A stretch of 64,000 nt of DNA, from the sequence record PZ445498.1; one strand, 5' to 3'. The notes beneath the pieces are model-generated. The model was not told where the DNA came from, made no database searches, and was given only the letters and a program-made list of their open reading frames with translations. Numbering within the stretch: the stretch's first letter is position 1; each line of letters opens with the position of its first letter. Position numbers and translations under genes: made by a program. This stretch comes from a phage. Positions 29,252-37,782 of this stretch are shown in pieces.

Positions 29252-29893
29252 ATGATGACTACTCGTATCTCTAAAACTCGTGCTCTGGCAACTATCAAGT
29301 CTCTGGAATCTAAAATCCGTAAAGCTACTGAACAACAGCTTTTGATTGCTGTTGGTGAAGGTAAAGACAAGAATCAAGTTGTCGTTGGTGCTGCAATCGA
29401 AGTAGATGCTCTGTCTACTCGTATTAAAACTGATTTCCAGTCTCTGCTGGATATGATGACCCAGCGTGATCAGCTGAAAGCAGCGCTGATCAAGAGCAAT
29501 GCTGAAACTGTTGTAGAGATCGGTTCCCGCTCTATGACTGTTGCGGAAGCAATCGAAGCTAAGCGTTCTATGGAACTCAAAGCTCAGTTGCTGGCTAACA
29601 TGCGTAAGCAGTTCCATGCTGCTACTGTTAAGTTTAACACTCAGAAGGCTCAGTTTGATGCCAAGTATGAGCGTTTGCAGGATACCATGGCTACCCGCGA
29701 CAAGAAGACTTCCGAGGATGAAGTTAAGATGCAGCTTAACCTGCTGGAACTCAAGAACACTCCATTCCTGATCGATCCGCTGGAGCTGGAAAAGCTGATC
29801 AAGCAACACGACGAAGAATACCAGGACTTTGCAACCAACGTTGACTTTGTTCTGTCTGAGTCCAACGCCTCTACTTTTATCGAAGTAGAGTAA
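29252..29893 (+). CDS. hypothetical coiled-coil protein
   Basis: Start ATG 29252 after TAAGGAAG RBS; highly expressed-type codon usage. Confidence 0.55.
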   Translation: MMTTRISKTRALATIKSLESKIRKATEQQLLIAVGEGKDKNQVVVGAAIEVDALSTRIKTDFQSLLDMMTQRDQLKAALIKSNAETVVEIGSRSMTVAEAIEAKRSMELKAQLLANMRKQFHAATVKFNTQKAQFDAKYERLQDTMATRDKKTSEDEVKMQLNLLELKNTPFLIDPLELEKLIKQHDEEYQDFATNVDFVLSESNASTFIEVE

Positions 29894-30273
29894 TAATTTA
29901 AAAGACTAGTAAATCGGTAGACGAAAGCCCAAGCATCTTACCTCGCAGCAGCGGTTGAAATACGAGGTTAAATAAGACCGCTGACCATACTATAAAGTAT
30001 AATCTATTGGAGATTATGTTTATTACACCAGCCTCTTAAGCTGAACTGTAAAAACGGTCGTTGGTAGTACCAACACAACTTCAAAGATCAACGCTCAAGT
30101 ATGAAAGCTGAAAAGTTAAAAGCACTCAAACTTCTAACCTTCTAAAGCTAAAAGATGCAAAGTATTCGTTGATGATTCAAACCCTAGATCAAAGGTACAT
30201 GGCTCATAAGATATGGCCTGTGGCGCCTCTAGGCTGTTTATCGGTTTACTAGTCTCTCAATTTAAAAATGTAT

Positions 30274-30302
30274 TTGCTAATTAGTTTAGTTTTCTATATA
30301 AT
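30274..30302 (+). promoter_or_regulatory. early promoter
   Basis: TTGCTA-17-TATAAT plus TAAATTGATGAGACGAGG leader. Confidence 0.7.
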
Positions 30303-30332
30303 ATATTTTTAAATTGATGAGACGAGGCTATT

Positions 30333-30650
30333 ATGATTTTTCATATTCTAATTGATGATGTTCGTGACCTACATGGGATGGATATTATCATTCGAACCCC
30401 CGAAGCCGCTATTGAGTTTCTGAATACAACCGATACCACCGGACATTTCGTTTATATGGATAACGATCTGGCTGTAGATGGTATGGAAGGTTATCAAATT
30501 CTTCGTTTACTCCTAAAATTTGGTCAGAGACCCAAGAAAGTGGTACTAGTAACCTCGAACCCAGTAGCTAAAGAGACCATGCGTAATGATCTCTTAGACG
30601 AAGGGTATCAAGAAAGCCCTAATCGTATTGAGTACGATTGGCCGGAGTAA
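30333..30650 (+). CDS. hypothetical protein
   Basis: 105 aa ORF after promoter 30274-30302. Confidence 0.5.
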   Translation: MIFHILIDDVRDLHGMDIIIRTPEAAIEFLNTTDTTGHFVYMDNDLAVDGMEGYQILRLLLKFGQRPKKVVLVTSNPVAKETMRNDLLDEGYQESPNRIEYDWPE

Positions 30651-30655
30651 ATAAA

Positions 30656-31105
30656 ATGAAGGCAGCTTTGCTTTTAATAGCTGCCCTAACCTATAGCTTC
30701 AATAGTCATGCGACCTACGACTCAAAGCAGATTGATTGCATTGCAAAAAATATCTACTTCGAAGCACGAGGTGAGGGCACTAAAGGAATGATCGCAGTTG
30801 CACAGGTTACTAAAAACCGTGTTAACTCTGGTACTTTTCCTGATTCTTACTGTAAAGTAGTATATCAGTCTAACCAGTTCTCTTGGGTGGCCAAGAGACC
30901 AAAAGTTGATAAAACCGATGAGGCTTGGCAAGTTGCTAAGAATTTAGCTAGAGTGATATACTACGTTGATTTACCACAAGATCCAACACATGGAGCGTTA
31001 TACTTCCATAGTGGTAAAGATAAACCGTACTGGACAAAGAAGTTTAAGAAAACAACGAAGATTCAAGGCCATACGTTTTACAAGCCTGTGGTTAAGAAAA
31101 CTTAA
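30656..31105 (+). CDS. secreted cell-wall hydrolase-like protein (SleB/Hydrolase_2-like)
   Basis: Signal peptide MKAALLLIAALTYSFNSHA; motif FEARGE...GMIAVAQVTKNR...QFSW typical of SleB-type hydrolases. Confidence 0.6.
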   Translation: MKAALLLIAALTYSFNSHATYDSKQIDCIAKNIYFEARGEGTKGMIAVAQVTKNRVNSGTFPDSYCKVVYQSNQFSWVAKRPKVDKTDEAWQVAKNLARVIYYVDLPQDPTHGALYFHSGKDKPYWTKKFKKTTKIQGHTFYKPVVKKT

Positions 31106-31114
31106 AAAATTCGA

Positions 31115-31143
31115 TTGCTTAAAGCCTTAAATTTCTGTATAAT
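31115..31143 (+). promoter_or_regulatory. early promoter
   Basis: TTGCTT-17-TATAAT plus TATAAATTGATGAGAGGAAAG leader. Confidence 0.75.
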
Positions 31144-31175
31144 AACTGTATAAATTGATGAGAGGAAAGCGAACA

Positions 31176-31346
31176 ATGAAAACCTTAGTAATTATTGGTG
31201 TTAACACTCACGGTATTCGTACTACGAAAACAGTTAAAACTACTAACGTTGCTGAAATTACTACAAATCCTAAGAAGTTTGATTTCGCCAAAGTCTCAGC
31301 AGTTATGACAGAACAATCTTTTAACCAAGCACTGGGAATTAAATAA
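31176..31346 (+). CDS. hypothetical small protein
   Basis: 56 aa from ATG 31176 after GAGAGGA RBS. Confidence 0.4.
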   Translation: MKTLVIIGVNTHGIRTTKTVKTTNVAEITTNPKKFDFAKVSAVMTEQSFNQALGIK

Positions 31347-31789
31347 TGGAAGAGAATATTCTAGATGTTTTGCGTAGGGCTTTGCAGGAATCCAAGTTTA
31401 ATGGTTCTGATAAAGAAGTAGCTAAAAGCTACCAGACCATAATCGGAGATCTTCAGCGTGTTGATAAAGACTTCATTACTTCTGAACAGTTTGTATCTTA
31501 TCTAAAAGCTCAACTGAAAAGCATTAATCAGACGAAAGCTAAACTTCACGGTCAAGACCTTGATAATTATAGCTTGCAGTCTGCTCAGTATGAATATATA
31601 CTGAACAAATGGTTACAGCAGTATCTGCCGCCTCAGTTATCTGATTCTGAGATTCGCAAATACTTTGCAGAATTAGTTAAGTTGAATCCTGGGATTACAA
31701 AAGGTATGCTGATGAAAGCGATTAAGGAAGAGTTTCCTGGTCGTTACGACGGTGGCATTGCTGCTCAGGTTGCTGGCGAATTTAATTAA
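31346..31789 (+). CDS. hypothetical protein
   Basis: 147 aa ORF. Confidence 0.5.
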   Translation: MEENILDVLRRALQESKFNGSDKEVAKSYQTIIGDLQRVDKDFITSEQFVSYLKAQLKSINQTKAKLHGQDLDNYSLQSAQYEYILNKWLQQYLPPQLSDSEIRKYFAELVKLNPGITKGMLMKAIKEEFPGRYDGGIAAQVAGEFN

Positions 31790-31797
31790 AAATTGAT

Positions 31798-31826
31798 TTG
31801 CTAAACGCCTCAAAATTCTGTATAAT
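31798..31826 (+). promoter_or_regulatory. early promoter with no ORF downstream
   Basis: TTGCTA-17-TATAAT plus TCATAAATTAGAGAACAG leader, but no RBS/ATG; drives the ORF-free 1 kb segment. Confidence 0.7.
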
Positions 31827-31832
31827 AGATTC

Positions 31833-32854
31833 ATAAATTAGAGAACAGCGAGCCGATTACGCTGAGTGAGTTTAGTGATTCCTACTAGGATAGCTATTCC
31901 ACTGAATAGAGTCGGTGAGTTTAGAATGATCACCTGTTAGAGTTCCGAGTCCAGTCCGGTATATCCGGCCAAGTGACTAGAGTAACGAATATAGGTTCGA
32001 GACTTCTTGTAAAACTCGGGAGCTGTCCCGAAACCTCGTAAACTCTTCTCTAATTTATACAAAACGATGGTTCTCAACATGAGCTAGGCACAGTGTGAAA
32101 TACGGTGCGTGTCCCAGAGGTAGAAGACTGAAGGTTGGGCTTGAGAAAACCATGTAACTTTCAACGCTGACCCGTCTAGGATGCAAGTCAAGACGTATGT
32201 ATACCACAATGCGGCGATTGTCCATCGAATAGTGGGGTGTCGAACCGACTTATGTGATAACACTGCCAGATGCTCACAGGCTGACATTGAGCTTCGCTGC
32301 TCCTTCTGGAAAGAATCGGATAACTCGGGCTTATACCGGATAAGCATTCGCTGCTGGAGTACATACTATGACGGTTCAGGAGGTACGCCGCCTGATCAGT
32401 ATTAGGTTAGAATCGAAACAGCTAAACCACGAAAGGACTGGGATGCTTGCTGAGCTACCCCTACCTGATACATGCCTCAGCTAACTTCGCATCGAAAATC
32501 GGAGGTGCGATTTAACCAGACCGCGTAACTATGAGAGTGGGAAATGGTAAACTGTATAGCTTGACTCTAACTTAGTTAGGTGGCTACAGAGCCTTAATGG
32601 GACAGTCTAGATACTTAGTGAACCGCGGATAACGCTAAGAATACTGTGAAAATACTATGGGAGTCATGACCCGGATGTTGCCCGATCGCTATAGTGGCGA
32701 ATAACCACGAAGTCACCTTGACTTAAACTGGAAGATATTGTTCGACGGAAGGGCTGAAGAGCTTAATCTGAGGGGGCTGACCCTACCTACCGCCGGGTAT
32801 CTTTAAGAGTTCTTACGAGAGTTCTTAAACATACCTAAACATTAAGGAATACTA
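31833..32854 (+). ncRNA. candidate large non-coding RNA (promoter-driven ORF-free segment)
   Basis: Consensus early promoter at 31798-31826 with no RBS or ORF for ~1 kb; stops in all frames; G+C higher than flanks. Confidence 0.3.
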
Positions 32855-33364
32855 ATGAATCTAGGAACTACTTGTATATTTGATCACAGAGAAATGTGTT
32901 GCCCACATATCCTCTACGTAGTTCACTTTGCAGAGCGTCTTACGCTGGATGAAGCTCGTGAGAAAATGAGTGGAATTACTGGATATGACTTCCGTGAAGG
33001 TGAATACTTTAGCGTTGCTCTTGATTACATTGACAATACCCGTCTTTATCATCTAGTGCAGCTAGGGGAAGAAACTGATGAAGTGAAAATGGCGAAAGAT
33101 ACTTTACGTCGTTATCGTCCTCAGATTCTAGAACGTACACTTCGTGGTGAGTTCAGTGACCCATTCTTTTTGAAGTGTTATGATGCAGACGCTAATGAGT
33201 ACTTGGGGCGACAAAGGTTTTACAAAGAAATCAAAGAGTTTGTGGGTGAAAAATACGAAGCACTACTCGTTGATTCTAGAGCACGACGTGCAGCTAAAAA
33301 TGCTGAGAAATCAGCTAAAGCAGCACTAGAAAGTCAAACCAAACTGAACGAAATCGTTAAGTGA
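32855..33364 (+). CDS. hypothetical protein
   Basis: 169 aa ORF with AAGGAAT RBS. Confidence 0.5.
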   Translation: MNLGTTCIFDHREMCCPHILYVVHFAERLTLDEAREKMSGITGYDFREGEYFSVALDYIDNTRLYHLVQLGEETDEVKMAKDTLRRYRPQILERTLRGEFSDPFFLKCYDADANEYLGRQRFYKEIKEFVGEKYEALLVDSRARRAAKNAEKSAKAALESQTKLNEIVK

Positions 33365-33372
33365 TCTAATTT

Positions 33373-33447
33373 CGGGGTGTAGTCTAAGGGATAGGCAGGA
33401 GTCTTCTAAATTCCTTTATGCAGGTTCGAATCCTGTCACCTCGGCCA
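33373..33447 (+). tRNA. tRNA-Arg (anticodon TCT)
   Basis: Acceptor CGGGGTG/CACCTCG, D stem GTCT/AGGC, anticodon arm GGAGT-CTTCTAA-ATTCC, T arm GCAGG-TTCGAAT-CCTGT, GCCA 3' end. Confidence 0.8.
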
Positions 33448-33480
33448 ACTTTAATAACTGTAACTAAACAAAGGAAATAT

Positions 33481-34425
33481 ATGTTTACTAAAAACACTAA
33501 AGAACTAACTTCTGAGCAAAAAGTAATTCGTACTATTAAACGTTGGGGTGTTGGTGCTGCTGTTGGTCTTGGTGCTCTTATTCTGGCTCTCAATTCCTAT
33601 ACAGTTGTTCAGGATGGTACTGTTAAGACCCAAACCTTCCTGGGTAAAGTTAGCCCTAATCCTGTATTGCCAGGCTTCCATATTGTTAACCCATTTGCTT
33701 CTTTTGATACTTTTAGTACGAAAGATATTTCCATGAAACTGGATAAACTTCAGGTGCCTAGCCAGGATAAGTTTAAGTCTACTGTTGACATTACCGTTAT
33801 GTTGCAGTTTGATGGTGCTAAAGCTCCTATGAACCGTGTTAACGCAGGTACTCAGGATCAAGCTCTGAACAAGTACGTTGAAGAGAAGATGCTGTCTACG
33901 ATTCGTGAGTTTGGTAAGTCTGTACCAAAAGCACAAGATCTGTTCGACGCTAAGATTCAGGCTCAACTGCAAACCGCTATTCAGCAAGAAGTAGAAGAGT
34001 ACGCGCGTCCTTATGGCTACACCGTTAAGCAAGTATTCCTTCAGGATATTACTCTGCCACCGGTAATCATGGAACAGGTACAGAACACTAAAGTTCGTGA
34101 AGAACAAGTTAACGCTGCAAAAGCTGAACTAGCTCGTGTTGAACAAGAAGCACAGCAGAAAGTTAAGCAAGCTGAAGCTGATCGTTCTGCTCGTGAAAAT
34201 ATGGCAGTAGCTAACGAACGTGACGCAGATGCTAAACTGTACGCAGCTAAGAAAGAAGCTGAAGCTAACGCCGCTCTGCAACGTACCATTACTCCTGAAA
34301 TGATTCGTTGGAAGCAGCTGGAAGTTGAAATGCTTCGTGCTGAAAAATACCAAGGTGGTGTACCGCAGACTGTTGTTGGTACTGGCTACGATGGTCAAAT
34401 GATCATGGATATGCGTAACAAGTAA
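33481..34425 (+). CDS. SPFH/band-7 (prohibitin/HflK-like) membrane protein
   Basis: N-terminal TM anchor then PHB-like domain and long coiled-coil; start ATG 33481 (track ATG 33418 lies inside the tRNA). Confidence 0.7.
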   Translation: MFTKNTKELTSEQKVIRTIKRWGVGAAVGLGALILALNSYTVVQDGTVKTQTFLGKVSPNPVLPGFHIVNPFASFDTFSTKDISMKLDKLQVPSQDKFKSTVDITVMLQFDGAKAPMNRVNAGTQDQALNKYVEEKMLSTIREFGKSVPKAQDLFDAKIQAQLQTAIQQEVEEYARPYGYTVKQVFLQDITLPPVIMEQVQNTKVREEQVNAAKAELARVEQEAQQKVKQAEADRSARENMAVANERDADAKLYAAKKEAEANAALQRTITPEMIRWKQLEVEMLRAEKYQGGVPQTVVGTGYDGQMIMDMRNK

Positions 34426-34448
34426 TAGTTACACGTAATCTTCGAACC

Positions 34449-34485
34449 AAGCCCGCGTTCCCTCCGAGAGCGCGGGCTTTTCTGT
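34449..34485 (+). terminator. rho-independent terminator after SPFH gene
   Basis: Hairpin AAGCCCGCG...CGCGGGCTT followed by TTTCTG. Confidence 0.65.
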
Positions 34486-34629
34486 ATTTAAGGCAAAAGA
34501 AAAGCCCATAAGTTATTCAACTAAGGTCTTTAGTATTTAATTCTTTAGAATCGCATACTATTGTTGCTGCAACAACGTGCTACCATTAAATGCCCTGAGA
34601 TTTTTCCACTAAAAAGTTTAAAAATTCGT

Positions 34630-34658
34630 TTGCTTGAATGCTAAATTCTCTGTATAAT
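34630..34658 (+). promoter_or_regulatory. early promoter for nadR-pnuC
   Basis: TTGCTT-17-TATAAT plus TTATAAATTTGAGAGAGGAATC leader. Confidence 0.75.
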
Positions 34659-34688
34659 ATATTTATAAATTTGAGAGAGGAATCAAAC

Positions 34689-35744
34689 ATGATTAAGACT
34701 GGTCTAGTAATTGGTAAGTTCGCACCCTTAACGCGTGGCCATATTAACCTAATAAATACAGCAGCAACTATGTGTGAACGAGTTATTATTGTAGTTAGTC
34801 ATGATAATCGTTGGCTGGATAAGCAGAACACACGTGATCAGGAAGTATTACAGTTAAAGAATCGTCTTCGTTGGTTAGAACAAACTTACGCGGATATTGA
34901 GCACGTTTCGGTAGAGTATATTATTGAAGATGATATTCCTGAATATCCGAATGGTTGGCCGGAATATGCTAGAATCCTTAATGAAAATTACGGACATTTA
35001 CCTGAGATCACCATTTTCTCTAGCGAACTAGACTATGATGCAGAATATAAGAAATATCTGCCGAAGTTTGGTCATTATATTGTAGATTCTGATCGGACTC
35101 GTGTTCCAATCTCAGCTACAATGATTCGTAATGATCTTATGAAGTATTGGGAGTTTCTTCCTAGCGTAGTTCGTAAAGATTACGTGCGTAGGGTTGTAAT
35201 CATTGGGACTGAAAGCTCAGGAAAGACTACTTTAACAAAATACCTTGCGAAGCTATACAACACTTCGTGGGTAGAAGAATATGGTCGAACGTATTGTGAA
35301 GTTGATCTAGTTGGTAACGAAAATCTGCTTACCAGCGAAGATTATAGTAAAATTGCGTTCAGACACAAAGAGCTAGAGTTTGAGGCAGAACGTACTGCAA
35401 ATAAGATCATGTTTGTGGATACAAATGCTTTTATTACTGAGTTCTACCACAGACTTTATGAACATCGTAAGAACCCTGTGGTTACAGCAATTGCAAAAGA
35501 AGAACATTACGATTTAGTAATTGTTCTAGCGCCCACTGTCAAGTGGGTAGATGATGGTTTACGTATTAACTCCGATCGTTCAATTACTTCTGAACTGTTC
35601 GAGCAGATGAAGAAAGAATTTCCAAATCAGTTCCCTGAAGGGCGTACTGTGTACATCGACTCCCCGGACTACAAAGTTCGTATGGACGAAGCAGTAAACG
35701 CAGTAGACTGGCTGATTCATCACTTTAACGTTGGAGAGTTTTAA
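34689..35744 (+). CDS. nadR: NadR-like bifunctional NMN adenylyltransferase / ribosylnicotinamide kinase
   Basis: Nucleotidyltransferase motif GKFAPLTRGH, ISATMIR motif, C-terminal P-loop GTESSGKTT. Confidence 0.8.
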   Translation: MIKTGLVIGKFAPLTRGHINLINTAATMCERVIIVVSHDNRWLDKQNTRDQEVLQLKNRLRWLEQTYADIEHVSVEYIIEDDIPEYPNGWPEYARILNENYGHLPEITIFSSELDYDAEYKKYLPKFGHYIVDSDRTRVPISATMIRNDLMKYWEFLPSVVRKDYVRRVVIIGTESSGKTTLTKYLAKLYNTSWVEEYGRTYCEVDLVGNENLLTSEDYSKIAFRHKELEFEAERTANKIMFVDTNAFITEFYHRLYEHRKNPVVTAIAKEEHYDLVIVLAPTVKWVDDGLRINSDRSITSELFEQMKKEFPNQFPEGRTVYIDSPDYKVRMDEAVNAVDWLIHHFNVGEF

Positions 35745-35745
35745 T

Positions 35746-36423
35746 ATGACTAACTATCTCGTAAATGACTTTAAAAACTGGAAACCTCTGGAATATCTGT
35801 GGCTGTTCATAGCGGTTGCCTTCATTAGTTTAGCTAACTATAATGGTACACCTCTAGATTGGGCTACTGCGATAACCAACGTAGTTTGTGTTATTTTGGT
35901 TGCTAAAGGACGTGTTTCTAACTATATTTGGGGCTTAGTTGGTGTTCTTACCTATGGTATTACAGCTTTAAACGCAGATCTTTATGGTAACGCTGCACTA
36001 AACCTGCTATACTACGTTCCTATGCAGTTTTATGGAATGTACTTATGGCATAAAAATAAGCCAAGTAATCTGCCAGATGTTCCAACTAAGATTCTGACTA
36101 AAGTCCAAGCTCTGCTGACTCTAGGGATTCTAGCAGTAGCCACGTTAGGGTATGGTAGTTTCTTAGCTACTACGGCTGATCCATTCCCAATGTTGGATGC
36201 ATTTACTGCGGTAGGTAGTGTGATCGCTATGTGGCTTATGGTTAAGCAGTATGCCGAGCAGTGGCTGATCTGGATTGCTATTAACATTGGTACTGTGTAC
36301 ATTTGGCTTGTAACTACTCAATCTACAGGTGCATCTTATGCAATCCTAGCAATGTGGCTAGTATTCTTAGGTAACTCTATTATGGGAGCCTATAAAGGAT
36401 ACTTTGTACGCGTTAACAAATAA
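35746..36423 (+). CDS. pnuC: PnuC-like nicotinamide riboside transporter
   Basis: Multi-pass membrane protein with PnuC-like ...LYYVPMQFYGMYLW... region; translationally coupled to nadR. Confidence 0.75.
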   Translation: MTNYLVNDFKNWKPLEYLWLFIAVAFISLANYNGTPLDWATAITNVVCVILVAKGRVSNYIWGLVGVLTYGITALNADLYGNAALNLLYYVPMQFYGMYLWHKNKPSNLPDVPTKILTKVQALLTLGILAVATLGYGSFLATTADPFPMLDAFTAVGSVIAMWLMVKQYAEQWLIWIAINIGTVYIWLVTTQSTGASYAILAMWLVFLGNSIMGAYKGYFVRVNK

Positions 36424-36431
36424 AGTAGTTA

Positions 36432-36458
36432 TAGCCCTCTAAGCGAGGGCTATTATAC
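36432..36458 (+). terminator. rho-independent terminator after pnuC
   Basis: Hairpin AGCCCTC-TAAGC-GAGGGCT followed by ATTATA; T-run weak. Confidence 0.55.
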
Positions 36459-36470
36459 AGAAATTTTCAC

Positions 36471-36499
36471 TTGCTTAATATAGAAAATTTCTATATAAT
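36471..36499 (+). promoter_or_regulatory. early promoter
   Basis: TTGCTT-17-TATAAT plus TTATAAATTCGAGAGAGGAATC leader. Confidence 0.75.
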
Positions 36500-36529
36500 A
36501 TATTTATAAATTCGAGAGAGGAATCAAAC

Positions 36530-36826
36530 ATGAAACGCATTGTACTTGCACTGACTCTAGTATCTACTTCTGTATTTGCTGCTCCGCAACAGGAACTTTG
36601 TCAAGTTCAGGTTTGTAATAAGTTAGAACGATTTACTTTGGATATTTGGTCACACATTAAAGATAATATGGGTGAACAGTGTTTTGATATTGTTCTGCCA
36701 AAAGAGCAGGCTGTTCCTGGTGCTATTCTTAGCTCAGAGTCACGTTGGTGGCAGGGTTCTTCTATCAATCCAACTAAGAAGTCAGTGACACGTATCAAAC
36801 AAGTATATCAGTGCAAGGTTCAGTAA
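36530..36826 (+). CDS. hypothetical secreted protein
   Basis: Signal peptide MKRIVLALTLVSTSVFA; 98 aa. Confidence 0.5.
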   Translation: MKRIVLALTLVSTSVFAAPQQELCQVQVCNKLERFTLDIWSHIKDNMGEQCFDIVLPKEQAVPGAILSSESRWWQGSSINPTKKSVTRIKQVYQCKVQ

Positions 36827-36834
36827 AATTTCAC

Positions 36835-36863
36835 TTGCTTAATGTCGAAATTTTCTGTATAAT
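36835..36863 (+). promoter_or_regulatory. early promoter for HNH gene and first tRNAs
   Basis: TTGCTT-17-TATAAT plus TCATAAATTCGGAAGATTAGG leader. Confidence 0.7.
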
Positions 36864-36896
36864 ATATTCATAAATTCGGAAGATTAGGAACTATTT

Positions 36897-37406
36897 ATGC
36901 TAGACTATGAGTCTATACTTTATAGATTCCGTTTAGAAGATGGTGTGCTGGTGTGGAATCCGCTCTCCGGAAACTCCAGAGAGGAGAAGATATTTAATAC
37001 TAAGTTTGCCAATAAACCTGCGGGATCTTTGCACAAAAGCTCTGGGTATATCAGAGTTAACGTTGATCACCAAGATTACTTAGCTCATATCATAGTATTT
37101 ATACTATATTATGGGTATAGGCCGGAAATGATTGATCATAAAGACTGCAATAAGTTAAACATACATCCTTTAAATTTAAGAGCAGCGGATAGTACCACTA
37201 ATACTCATAATGCTAGTAAATCTTCTAGGAATACTAGCGGATTTAAGGGAGTATCCTACCACAAAGCATCTGGTCAGTGGCAGGGTAGAATAATGTTTAA
37301 AGGTAAGTCATACTCCGCAGGGCTGCACAGTACTCCTGAAGCAGCAAATGAAGCTCTAATTCAACTGAGAGAGAAACTTCATGGGGAATACGCCCGAAAT
37401 AATTAA
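36897..37406 (+). CDS. HNH homing endonuclease with AP2-like domain
   Basis: Paralog of 21899-22417 (IDHKDCNKLN, GEYARNN tail); directly upstream of the tRNA cluster. Confidence 0.7.
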   Translation: MLDYESILYRFRLEDGVLVWNPLSGNSREEKIFNTKFANKPAGSLHKSSGYIRVNVDHQDYLAHIIVFILYYGYRPEMIDHKDCNKLNIHPLNLRAADSTTNTHNASKSSRNTSGFKGVSYHKASGQWQGRIMFKGKSYSAGLHSTPEAANEALIQLREKLHGEYARNN

Positions 37407-37495
37407 GGAAGAATAGCATAACGGTATTGCAGCAGATTGCTAATCTGTCGGTTTGAAACATAGCCTTGTGGGTTCGAATCCCACTTCTTCCTCCA
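37407..37495 (+). tRNA. tRNA-Ser (anticodon GCT)
   Basis: Acceptor GGAAGAA/TTCTTCC, anticodon arm GCAGA-TTGCTAA-TCTGT, long variable arm, T arm GGGTTCGAATCCC, CCA. Confidence 0.8.
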
Positions 37496-37500
37496 AATTT

Positions 37501-37578
37501 GGTTCTCAAGCTCATTTGGTATGAGCCGTCGCCTCATAAGCGAAAGGTAGGTAGGTTCGAATCCTCCGGGAGCCACCA
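37501..37578 (+). tRNA. tRNA with CAT anticodon (Met or Ile-lysidine type)
   Basis: Acceptor GGTTCTC/GGGAGCC, D stem GCTC/GAGC, anticodon loop CTCATAA, T loop TTCGAAT, CCA; one T-stem mismatch. Confidence 0.6.
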
Positions 37579-37595
37579 ATTAACTAGGAGACTAT

Positions 37596-37781
37596 ATGTC
37601 TAAGTTTCAAGAGCTTAAACAAGAACTAGAAGAGTGCATGTGTACTCACTGCCAAGGAACAGGTACTATTAATGATGCTGAACCTGGCGATATGCGTTTT
37701 GAAGAGTGGGAATGCGCAGCATGTAATGGTTCTGGTATTAATCCAGAATTTGGAATTTCTCTAGATATTGATCGAGGTTAA
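37596..37781 (+). CDS. hypothetical small Zn-ribbon protein
   Basis: 61 aa with CTHCQGTG and CAACNGSG Cys pairs. Confidence 0.5.
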   Translation: MSKFQELKQELEECMCTHCQGTGTINDAEPGDMRFEEWECAACNGSGINPEFGISLDIDRG

Positions 37782-37782
37782 C

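Noticed and set aside
29222-29809. 195 aa minus-strand ORF antisense to gene 29252-29893
   Set aside because: No promoter or RBS on the minus strand; Ser/Leu-rich composition typical of an antisense shadow
31833-32854. Group I or group II intron in the 1 kb ORF-free segment
   Set aside because: No interrupted gene flanks it (upstream gene ends cleanly, downstream gene has its own RBS) and I could not recognise core intron elements by eye; kept as a candidate structured RNA instead
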